This document shows positions 7,475-15,940 of a stretch of DNA of 29,322 bases, piece after piece. The notes under the pieces are model-generated. The model ran no database searches. It was given only the letters and a program-made list of their open reading frames with translations, and was not told the origin of the DNA. The DNA comes from a virus. Taxonomy: Duplodnaviria > Caudoviricetes. Each line of letters starts with the position of its first letter. Within the stretch, counting starts at the first letter, position 1. The position numbers were made by a program, and so were the translations under genes. The stretch lies in IMG/VR virus record IMGVR_UViG_3300032053_003815, positions 1-29,322 of that record; one strand, 5' to 3'.

Positions 7475-7795
7475 ATTTTTGTCCTCCTTAATATAAGTAT
7501 AGGATACTTTCTTCGAAAAATCAAGGGGTGTGCGAAAAATATTTTTTCTTGCTTCTCTCACTTCATTCAATAACTCAGTTATTTGACTATGCGAAATCAT
7601 TCCTATTCTAAATCCAGAATCAGTTAAATAATTATGCACTATTCGGAGTTTCTCATCTGTGGGAGAGGTTATTACACCAAGAAACGTTCGCAATTTAAGA
7701 ACGTTATCGGTAGGAGTTTTCTTCCAGGTACCAATAAAGGTACGTCTGAGGGTTTGCCAATCTTCTCTATTTACTACATCCTTAATATTTCTCAT
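7313..7795 (-). CDS. Hypothetical early protein, probably leaderless, reading through into the downstream small gene
   Basis: ATG 7795 lies 6 nt after the -10 box of the promoter at 7802-7830; there is no SD. Confidence 0.6.
   Translation of the reverse strand: MRNIKDVVNREDWQTLRRTFIGTWKKTPTDNVLKLRTFLGVITSPTDEKLRIVHNYLTDSGFRIGMISHSQITELLNEVREARKNIFRTPLDFSKKVSYTYIKEDKNMTREEMIDLLLRNFLSMNYGKSIEQLTEGCRLERVRLSQMSDLKLQNMVFINC
7496..7524 (-). promoter_or_regulatory. Early sigma70-type promoter (TTGATT-17-TATACT)
   Basis: TTGATT TTTCGAAGAAAGTATCC TATACT TATA; nearly identical to 5896-5924. Confidence 0.85.
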
Positions 7796-7801
7796 ATTAT
7801 A

Positions 7802-7830
7802 AGTATAAGTTACTTTTCTGAGAAAATCAA
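7802..7830 (-). promoter_or_regulatory. Early sigma70-type promoter (TTGATT-17-TATACT)
   Basis: TTGATT TTCTCAGAAAAGTAACT TATACT TATAAT ATG; marks the boundary between structural and early regions. Confidence 0.85.
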
Positions 7831-7839
7831 GGACTTAAA

Positions 7840-8613
7840 TTAATATGCCGATTTTATAAACTCTAATTCAAAATTTGTGTACGTTTTCTTATTTCCGTCT
7901 GGTCTACCTGAAACCCAATAGCAATTTGTAATCGTATAATTTGTTAATCCAAATTCAACAGTTAACGTTTGTGGAGTAGTTGCTAGGGAATTGTAGAGAC
8001 TAATTAAGTATTGTTCCATCTCTAATCGAGTGGTTTTCTTTACATATCCTGCTACTCGAATATTTAGTTGACCTCCACCCATATCAGTAGTTGAGCGACA
8101 AAGAACACCAAGAGCTGTAGGAATAATAAGAGATTGTGCATTTCCAACATATTCTGGAACGACATATGCAGAATCTCCAATATACACGGAACCAAATTTA
8201 ACTTTTTGTTTTGTTGGAGTAGATCCTGCTACAGAATCAATTGCGCCTATTTTTGAAAACGTCAAGGTACCCGTTGCAAATTCATCTTGAGAAGTTCTTA
8301 GAGAATATCCTACTAATTTACAACCTGCTATTGTGGCAGAAATTCCTCCACTATTAACGCCTGTTTCTAAAACAACATCATAACTTAAACCTTTAACTAA
8401 ACTTACGTCGTATGTATTTTCTACATACTCACAAGTTATCTGTAAATTCTCTTCTTCTCTTATCTCATCTACGGGAGTACCATCCGCTTCTATTTCTTTA
8501 TGTGTTGTTAGATTATAATTAATTTCTATAATCTTTGTAGGAATAATTTCTCTTATCAAGGATGCTCCTTGATAGAGTTTTAATTTACCTACTGAAAATT
8601 TATATGTGCTCAT
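7840..8613 (-). CDS. Tail tube-like paralog with two tube-fold domains (tube initiator / distal tail candidate)
   Basis: The N-half aligns by eye with the tail tube 18496..18864 (YKFSVG/YKFGVG; GGISATIAGCKLVGYSLRTSQDEF/GGLSGSITNCKVISYDLKSGQDAF). Confidence 0.65.
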   Translation of the reverse strand: MSTYKFSVGKLKLYQGASLIREIIPTKIIEINYNLTTHKEIEADGTPVDEIREEENLQITCEYVENTYDVSLVKGLSYDVVLETGVNSGGISATIAGCKLVGYSLRTSQDEFATGTLTFSKIGAIDSVAGSTPTKQKVKFGSVYIGDSAYVVPEYVGNAQSLIIPTALGVLCRSTTDMGGGQLNIRVAGYVKKTTRLEMEQYLISLYNSLATTPQTLTVEFGLTNYTITNCYWVSGRPDGNKKTYTNFELEFIKSAY

Positions 8614-8627
8614 TTTAATCTCCTATA

Positions 8628-10412
8628 TTAAGGATAAGTTAAAACTGGATTATATTTTTGTCCAAATCCTAAACCTGCAATTGTAACTAATTGATCGGCG
8701 TCTACTGCACTACTACTAAAGGTAGGTTTACATCCGCAACTTCTCCATAAAACTCTTTCTTGCCAATACATTCCTCCTGCAAATGGTTGCCATTTTTCAT
8801 GAGGTCTTTCCCAAGAAGCGAATGTTACATTTGTCATATCCATTCTACTATACATGTTAACATATACCCAAGATACAAATAACTCTTCTCCTTCTTGTGC
8901 TTGATGCCCATCAAAAAGAAAATTTATTGGAGGTAATGCATACTCAAATACTCCTGGTTTTATAGTAAAATATCCATTTGGTTCATCCACGTGAAATATA
9001 TAATCTGGAGTGCCTTCGGGCGCAAACCACATAGTAGCATATCCCGCATCTTGATAATTACCATATTCCAAGCGACCTAATCTAAAATTTATACTTAGAA
9101 CTGGATATACTATAGCGGATTGGTGACTTTCTGTAAGTTTCCATATAGTACTATCTCCCCAAGGAATTTGCTCCCAAGCGGTAAAATCTATACTTGAGGA
9201 GGCATTATTTAGGGAGATTTCAGAAAATTCTATAAAAGTTTTATATGTTTTAGAAGGAGAGTATTTGAATAAGGTACAGGCTTTTTTTAAAGCGCACTCT
9301 GATAAATGAGTATGCGCAGATATCTCCTCAAATTCATCTCCTTCAATAATGTGAGTATGCGGTAAAACTAATTCCTCGGTTGTTGAAATTGTTTCAATAG
9401 TTGTTCCGTCTAAAGTAAATTTATCTTCTTCATAGGTATGATAGTGATTTGCTTTAATTTCAGAAATCATTTGCCTATTATTAATATCTCTCATTCTTTT
9501 TGGCACATAACCAGGCATATTTCCATAGAAATGTTCATTAAGTGTACTTAAACGTATACCTGGATTATAGCATACAGACTCAATAGCTCCCGTAAAATCT
9601 ATACTATAGTATTGTCCGTGAAGATCTGGATCTGGCATCAGTCCTTGATTTGTTGGAATAAGATGCATTTCATTAGTATCTATAATTCCTATTTTAGATT
9701 TAATTTGTAATCCCTTACCCTGTCGTCCCTCGTTAGAGATATCTATAAATTTACATTCAACCCCCATTTCTACGCCAGTCTCAATTTGCCATCTACCATA
9801 ATCTCCATAAACTATCCATTGATTATAATCGTTATGCAAGCCCCCATAGTTTATGTCAATAGTTTCGGGATTCAAATATATTGTTCCAGATAATCTCCAT
9901 TTTTCATGTCCATCAAATCCTGCACTATGTCTTAAATCTTCTATATGAATTGCCTTTATTGCATTAACTTTTAATAAATCTTTATCTATCCATTCTACTT
10001 GATGATGTCCTTCTCTTTGATCGGTTCCATCTTCATCAAAATTAAAGTATTGTTCTAAAATTTGTGTTCTCTCTTCAGAGGTGGTAGTTTCCGTAACTCC
10101 TAATATTTTTTCAGTAGATTGTCTGAGTTGAATAATATGAGCTAATTTTATAGAAGTAGAATTTGTAATTGGTAGAAACTCTGTTAGAGGAGTTACACCC
10201 ATTTCAATTTCTTGCTGCTTACGAATTTCTTGTAACTGTTTTATATGCAATACTCTCTTTGGACATCTACCCACGTATAGTTCTCCTGCCAGGCCCATTG
10301 GTGTTGGAAGAGGATCCTCGTACCATATAATTATACCTTGTTCCATTAATTCAACTACTTTAGTCTGGTCTGTCTCAATTTGACTAAAGCATATAGGGCA
10401 TCTTTCTGTCAT
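8628..10412 (-). CDS. Putative tail fibre / tail-tip structural protein
   Basis: Located in the tail module; N-terminal region has three HIxxL(Q/R) motifs; C-terminal region is beta-rich and aromatic-rich. Confidence 0.55.
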   Translation of the reverse strand: MTERCPICFSQIETDQTKVVELMEQGIIIWYEDPLPTPMGLAGELYVGRCPKRVLHIKQLQEIRKQQEIEMGVTPLTEFLPITNSTSIKLAHIIQLRQSTEKILGVTETTTSEERTQILEQYFNFDEDGTDQREGHHQVEWIDKDLLKVNAIKAIHIEDLRHSAGFDGHEKWRLSGTIYLNPETIDINYGGLHNDYNQWIVYGDYGRWQIETGVEMGVECKFIDISNEGRQGKGLQIKSKIGIIDTNEMHLIPTNQGLMPDPDLHGQYYSIDFTGAIESVCYNPGIRLSTLNEHFYGNMPGYVPKRMRDINNRQMISEIKANHYHTYEEDKFTLDGTTIETISTTEELVLPHTHIIEGDEFEEISAHTHLSECALKKACTLFKYSPSKTYKTFIEFSEISLNNASSSIDFTAWEQIPWGDSTIWKLTESHQSAIVYPVLSINFRLGRLEYGNYQDAGYATMWFAPEGTPDYIFHVDEPNGYFTIKPGVFEYALPPINFLFDGHQAQEGEELFVSWVYVNMYSRMDMTNVTFASWERPHEKWQPFAGGMYWQERVLWRSCGCKPTFSSSAVDADQLVTIAGLGFGQKYNPVLTYP

Positions 10413-10420
10413 TAGTTCCT

Positions 10421-13400
10421 TTAATCGGAATAATGTCCGATACCTGACTTAGGATTTTTAACAGTGGTGGGATTGGACTTCAATCCAGCCAAGTTTGCAA
10501 TTCTACTAAAATTATAATCTAATTCTACTGTTTTACTCTTATTAGTGGTTATTAAAGATTTTGACTTATATGCTTCTTTTTGTTCCATAACTGCTTCCCC
10601 ATGATAGAATTGTTCATCGGTTAAATCTATATGAGTAGTAAAACCATTAGAAAAATCATGCAGTACTCTCATAACTTCATATCCATTTACGTTTGTACGT
10701 AAATCCAGTGTCTCATCTCCTAGAACTGTCAGAGAACCACCTACAACTGGACCGCTAACTTTATCATATTCTGCTTGAGCTCTATCTGCAAGATACTTAT
10801 TAATAATTGATGTATTGGTATCGTACTCATTAGGAGTACTAATATAGTATGGTTGAATTGAATCATGAATCGTTCTAGATACTGTACCAGAACCCGCTGT
10901 ACGTGAATAGCGTTCTCCTTGATAAGTATATGTCCAACGTATAGCAGCTAAACATTCTATCGGTTGCATCATTAACTTGACCTTTACTGTTTTCTTTTCA
11001 ACAACTCCTCCAGTCAATATATGTATTTCTGCATCCATCTCTTTTATATTTGCTTTATATCTAACGGGAGGTGGAGTAACCTTAATAGTAGCGTATGTAC
11101 CATAATGACTATAATTGACTTCTGCTCCTATTGATCGCCATTCTGGACTAAATTCTTCATATTTTACAATAGGGAATTTTCCATTAGTACTTCCATCATC
11201 CCATTTATCTAATCCTACGTGAGAGGGTAAAACTTCGATATCCAAAAACTCTAAACCGGTTGGGGCATCATTAACAAGCGCTTCTACTTGTATGTTAGAA
11301 ATATTTTTCCCATAGACTTTAATTGGTCCAATATAAAGATTACCATCATTGTCGGTCTGTATGTTTCTATTTAACTTATTTCTATTTCCAATATCATTAT
11401 CGGCCCAAATTTGAGTCTCATATCCTATTTGTTGTCTATAAGTAGTTCTTGCTTCATAGTCACTATATACACTAACTTTATCAACGTTGTTAGTAATATC
11501 TTTCGACATTGAGTATTCAAGTATGTGTTTACCTATTTCATAATTTCTGCTTCCCACTGGATTTCCTATTTTATAGTAACTCAGTACTCCTGTAGGACTG
11601 CAATATACTTTATAGTTTCCTGCATATCCTAACATATTAATCATCAACTCTAAACGAGTCATATCTGCTACCGATACTTCTCCATATAAAGTCACACTTG
11701 TAGGAGTAGAAGGACAACCTGAGCTACTTAAAATAGAGTTAATAGAAATCGTTTCTATATGTTCACCTTGACGTTCATTAAAGTTCTTATTGATCGTTGT
11801 CTTCGTATAATCCCAAAGTTTATTAATACATCTATAATTAACTCGAATATCATTGGCACTTAATACGTCATCTTTTTTAACTACGTATCCTGTAAAAACT
11901 CTATGTCCGTTAATATTGATATATACACTCTGCCCAGAGGCATCAGGTATTCCTGGAGTAGTAAATTTTTTAGGAATATAGAAACTTGCAGTAGAAAAAG
12001 AAGGACCATAAACTAATTCTATATTCTCCAAAATAGCGTCCGTTTGTAAACTGCCATTAATGTAAATTTGATAAATAGGATTTTTATAATGAGTTACATC
12101 ATATGTAGGAGTTCCTACAACAGTTACTCCGCTACTTTCTTCACCTACTCCGTTTACTCCCGTAACTTTGAATGTATATGTGACTCCATTAACTAATTCT
12201 CCTACTATATAATAAATGTCGGTTACTAGAGTGTTATTTAACTTAGTCCAAACTCCTCCTATATCTTTATAAATATTCCAACCATAATTAGAACCAGTCC
12301 AGGATAATTTTAAAGCTTCTCCTGTTTTTAAATCAGTAGAAATTAATCCTATGGGATTAGTAGGAGTTGTTTGAGTAACTTTTAATTGAATTGAGAAATC
12401 GGATATATTGTCTTTCTGCAATCTAGTTCGAGTATAAAAATCCTTTACACCCCATATTAGTGTACCAGATAGGATATCGTTGGTATAGCGTAAAACTACC
12501 TTTGTATCTGCTAGAATATTAAGAGACTCGATTCTCTCTATAACTGCACTACTTTCGATAGTCTCTGATTCTCTTAAAATTATTTTTCCATTGCTATTAA
12601 TTGTTTCTGTCTCACGTAAGACTATTTTTCCATCACTATCTATTGTTGTAGAATATCTACCAATTACTTTTCCGTCGCTAGTTATATCTTCTATTCCTCT
12701 CTTATTAATTATATTTGTATCCGAATCAATCGTACTCCAACCGGTTCCTATAACAATAGCACTACTCAAGATATTATTAGTTTCTCGTCTTTTTATAATG
12801 GTGTCACTGTCTATTGTTTCAATTTCCCGAGAATTAATAATTTTTGTATTACTATCAAGAGTTGATTGAATATTGGTCTTCTTAATATTTGCTGAAGAAT
12901 TTATATTATTACTTCCTCTGAGAGATAAAATCTTAGCATCCGAATTTTTAGTATTTGTTCTTGTAACGGGTCCAAAAATATTAAGTGCTTCAAATCTAAT
13001 TTTTTGGTCATAACCTTGTCGAGTAGTATAAAAATAACCATTTGTAGTAGGAAGATATGGCGATCTTACATATTGTAAATTGGCGTCAGAAGTCTCATGT
13101 GTAACCGATTGTGTGGCACTCCAAGAACTACCATCCCAATAACTATACTTCATATCCGTAGGATATACTAACCAAGCACAAACTGGTTTTCCACTAACTT
13201 TACTTATTGCTACTGGTCCCCAATTGTAGTGAGTATCAAAGACATAGTCATTTCCCCAAGAACTACCATTCCATTTCTTAACCTTAATTCCATAACCAGT
13301 TGCACCACCATAATTTGATTTTGTATAAGCTAGCCAAACTTCTGTAGAGGAGATGACACATGCATCATAATTATATGAATTTCCGGTAGTGATTGGAGAG

Positions 13401-14056
13401 TCAATAGCAATATTATATGCACCCCATACGGAACCATTCCATTTATTAAGAGATATTTTTCCAGCTGAACTGCCATATTGTTGAGCAAAAGCCCAAACTT
13501 CACTACCAACTTCATAAAGTTTAATTGGAACTTTATCATTAAATCCAGGTAAACCAGTATTAATATTTGCAGAGGTAGTCCAGGAAGTTCCTCCATCAGT
13601 AGAATAAGCAGATTTAAAATTTCCTGCAACTGTTCCACCTCCACTTACCCAAATAGTTCCATCGCTATGAATCATAACAAATGGTGCTTGCGATCCAGTA
13701 ATACCGCACCAAGTAAGATCGCTACCGGGGTCGGTCCAAGTTCCACCGGAATATGTAAACTTACGTACATCTATATGAGAAGCATTTGGATTGTAGTAAG
13801 CTACATAAAAATTTTGACTTGAATCTAGGGCAACATTAAACCAACTCCAATTACTAAAAGTTATATCAGAAATTATTTTTATTTCATTATTCCAAGTAAC
13901 GCCTCCATCAGAAGATACATTATACCATAAATCATTATTATAGTCTGGGGTATCTTTCCAATAAAAACACAGTAGTACTCCTGAAGATACCCTTAATATG
14001 TAAGACTGTCTACCATCATAATAAGATGCGGTACTTGTTACTAATGAGGATGCCAT
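10421..14056 (-). CDS. Large tail-tip protein: BNR/Asp-box beta-propeller, repeat shaft, FN3 domain, hub-like C-terminal region
   Basis: Asp boxes SSDGGVTW and STDGGTSW; WNGSxW repeats; T-I-D-S-D-x-K-I repeats; FN3 signature LSW...YIVGELVNGVTYTFKVTGVNGVGEES; hub-like VFTGYVVK and GSLTVLGDETL. Confidence 0.7.
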   Translation of the reverse strand: MASSLVTSTASYYDGRQSYILRVSSGVLLCFYWKDTPDYNNDLWYNVSSDGGVTWNNEIKIISDITFSNWSWFNVALDSSQNFYVAYYNPNASHIDVRKFTYSGGTWTDPGSDLTWCGITGSQAPFVMIHSDGTIWVSGGGTVAGNFKSAYSTDGGTSWTTSANINTGLPGFNDKVPIKLYEVGSEVWAFAQQYGSSAGKISLNKWNGSVWGAYNIAIDSPITTGNSYNYDACVISSTEVWLAYTKSNYGGATGYGIKVKKWNGSSWGNDYVFDTHYNWGPVAISKVSGKPVCAWLVYPTDMKYSYWDGSSWSATQSVTHETSDANLQYVRSPYLPTTNGYFYTTRQGYDQKIRFEALNIFGPVTRTNTKNSDAKILSLRGSNNINSSANIKKTNIQSTLDSNTKIINSREIETIDSDTIIKRRETNNILSSAIVIGTGWSTIDSDTNIINKRGIEDITSDGKVIGRYSTTIDSDGKIVLRETETINSNGKIILRESETIESSAVIERIESLNILADTKVVLRYTNDILSGTLIWGVKDFYTRTRLQKDNISDFSIQLKVTQTTPTNPIGLISTDLKTGEALKLSWTGSNYGWNIYKDIGGVWTKLNNTLVTDIYYIVGELVNGVTYTFKVTGVNGVGEESSGVTVVGTPTYDVTHYKNPIYQIYINGSLQTDAILENIELVYGPSFSTASFYIPKKFTTPGIPDASGQSVYININGHRVFTGYVVKKDDVLSANDIRVNYRCINKLWDYTKTTINKNFNERQGEHIETISINSILSSSGCPSTPTSVTLYGEVSVADMTRLELMINMLGYAGNYKVYCSPTGVLSYYKIGNPVGSRNYEIGKHILEYSMSKDITNNVDKVSVYSDYEARTTYRQQIGYETQIWADNDIGNRNKLNRNIQTDNDGNLYIGPIKVYGKNISNIQVEALVNDAPTGLEFLDIEVLPSHVGLDKWDDGSTNGKFPIVKYEEFSPEWRSIGAEVNYSHYGTYATIKVTPPPVRYKANIKEMDAEIHILTGGVVEKKTVKVKLMMQPIECLAAIRWTYTYQGERYSRTAGSGTVSRTIHDSIQPYYISTPNEYDTNTSIINKYLADRAQAEYDKVSGPVVGGSLTVLGDETLDLRTNVNGYEVMRVLHDFSNGFTTHIDLTDEQFYHGEAVMEQKEAYKSKSLITTNKSKTVELDYNFSRIANLAGLKSNPTTVKNPKSGIGHYSD
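12450..12965 (-). repeat. About 12 degenerate ~14-aa coding repeats (ETIDSDxKIxxR)
   Basis: e.g. YSTTIDSDGKIVLR / ETETINSNGKIILR / GIEDITSDGKVIGR; boundaries approximate. Confidence 0.8.
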
Positions 14057-14057
14057 A

Positions 14058-14465
14058 TTAGTCTACCAAAATATTTCCTTGTTGATCGATTTGTAAAACC
14101 TCTTGACAATTATTACCGTTTTGATCTTGATATTGAAATCCCAAGAAGTATACTGTTTCTTGTCCTCTCATCCTTCCAATATCATCAATAACTACTCTAT
14201 GTCGTCTAAAAAAGATTAGACGAATATTATTTTTCTCTATTTCATTATTCCAAGGTCTTTGTTGGTCGTTAACAAAAATAAGTCCTTGAATTAAATCAAC
14301 GGAGATGCTTAAGTTCTTTCTTTGGTGGGATATTGTAAAGAGAGTTAAATCAGAAAATCTATTCTGTACTTCTTTAAATAGTACTTCATTTCCCTCATTA
14401 TCAAATTGACTGAGAGAGGTGTTATCGTTAAAAGAAGCTATCCAGTTAAACATAAGGTTTTGCAT
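14058..14465 (-). CDS. Hypothetical protein in tail module
   Basis: 135 aa, SD GGGGAGG; WIASFNDNTSLSQFD and RLIFFRRHR motifs; function not recognised. Confidence 0.6.
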   Translation of the reverse strand: MQNLMFNWIASFNDNTSLSQFDNEGNEVLFKEVQNRFSDLTLFTISHQRKNLSISVDLIQGLIFVNDQQRPWNNEIEKNNIRLIFFRRHRVVIDDIGRMRGQETVYFLGFQYQDQNGNNCQEVLQIDQQGNILVD

Positions 14466-14511
14466 ATTGAATTATCCTCCCCTTAAAACTCATTGTATTG
14501 AGTTAACTACT

Positions 14512-14997
14512 TTAAACCTCGTCGTACTGAAAAGTATACGTTTTTGTATTTACTGCTCCTGCGGGTGTGCTGCCCGTAGTGCGTAACTGCATACAAATAT
14601 ATTCAGTATACCCTGTAGCTGTAATTGTAGCTGTATCTGCGGCTGATCTAACTGCTAACGCTGCTCCTAAAGATTCTGGAACATCTGTGGTGGCTTGTGA
14701 AGAAGTTGTTTTAACAGGTTGTGAATAAGAAGCAGGTAAAACTAAATTAGCCTTAACTGTTTCTCCTGTTTTTAAAGCACCAGCAGACTTCCAAAATTTC
14801 ATATTCGAAATTTCTGTAAATGTGCTAGTAAACTTTGCTTTAATAAACTTCTCATAAGAGTTCTCACCAGCTACGATTGGATATGTACTTGTGACTAGAT
14901 TTGGTGCATCTACGTCACCCATATTCAAGTTGGTGATACCATCAGTTACTGTTGCTCCTGAGCCGTTTGCTTCACACCATTGAAAAATTGCGGCCAT
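14512..14997 (-). CDS. Putative virion structural protein (beta-sandwich)
   Basis: Strong SD AGGAGG; Thr/Ala-rich; ends FQYDEV; located in the tail module. Confidence 0.6.
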   Translation of the reverse strand: MAAIFQWCEANGSGATVTDGITNLNMGDVDAPNLVTSTYPIVAGENSYEKFIKAKFTSTFTEISNMKFWKSAGALKTGETVKANLVLPASYSQPVKTTSSQATTDVPESLGAALAVRSAADTATITATGYTEYICMQLRTTGSTPAGAVNTKTYTFQYDEV

Positions 14998-15010
14998 GGT
15001 TATTCCTCCT

Positions 15011-15940
15011 TTACGATTGATATAAAACTCTTAAAACAACTCTAATATACGCACCACCTTCAGTATTAGTAGTAGAAGGTGTCTCTATGCGTAATTTAAT
15101 TCTCTTTGCATTATTTCTAGGTATCCTATAAAGTGCTCCATGAGATACACTATTTCCTAATGAAGTATAGGCTCCTTCATTATCATCCTTAATTTTATAT
15201 GAATATTCTACATAAGGATCGCTACTTGTTAAAGGGGTACCTAAAAGTATTCTACCACTACTAATATCAAATGAACCGCCTGTATAATAATTTATTCCAG
15301 TTTTACTAATATTATCCCATACACCTACAACATCATATAAAGACGGAAAATGAAGTATTTCGATAGTGCTATCATCTATTTTTGTAGATAGTTCTATATC
15401 TACATCAATCACATTCTCAACAACACCGGAAGATTGTAAGGACAACCATTGATCGGAATATAGTGTTTTACCAAATACATTAGTATCTGGAGTATATGTA
15501 ATAACTATCTCTACGGATGTAGGTGGTATTTTTCCATTAACGTTATCTCCAAAAGTAATTAATCCTGTTGTATAATTAATAGTATAGACTGATTTTTGAT
15601 CGTAACCCATTAAACTATCAACTCTTGACCAAGCTTCTCCATCTACTATTACTTCCTGGGAATCTATAACTATAGGAAAATAGGTTGTAGTAAATGTCTG
15701 ATTTCCCGCACCTGAGCTAATCCAAATTTCAGATGTCTCTAAGCGTAGTAATTGAATATAAATATTGTAGGCATCATTGCTTCCTAGTGACTCTTCTTTA
15801 TCATTCCATAAAATTATATCATAGGGTAGGTCGGTAATTGCTCCTGCTAAACAAAAACCAAAATCTATTGGATTTAATAATGTTCCAACTTCTACCGTTG
15901 GAGTATCACTTCTAAACATCTGTAAGTTAGGGTCGACCAT
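15011..15940 (-). CDS. Putative tail-tip/baseplate protein
   Basis: Directly after the tape measure gene; contains VDGEAWSRV...YTINYTTGLITFGDNVNGKIPP...ITY, resembling a baseplate-wedge-type domain. Confidence 0.6.
   Translation of the reverse strand: MVDPNLQMFRSDTPTVEVGTLLNPIDFGFCLAGAITDLPYDIILWNDKEESLGSNDAYNIYIQLLRLETSEIWISSGAGNQTFTTTYFPIVIDSQEVIVDGEAWSRVDSLMGYDQKSVYTINYTTGLITFGDNVNGKIPPTSVEIVITYTPDTNVFGKTLYSDQWLSLQSSGVVENVIDVDIELSTKIDDSTIEILHFPSLYDVVGVWDNISKTGINYYTGGSFDISSGRILLGTPLTSSDPYVEYSYKIKDDNEGAYTSLGNSVSHGALYRIPRNNAKRIKLRIETPSTTNTEGGAYIRVVLRVLYQS

Noticed and set aside
3839-7830. Repeats as a CRISPR array or att sites
   Set aside because: Copies are dispersed at irregular distances, and each has -35/-10 geometry upstream of a gene start.
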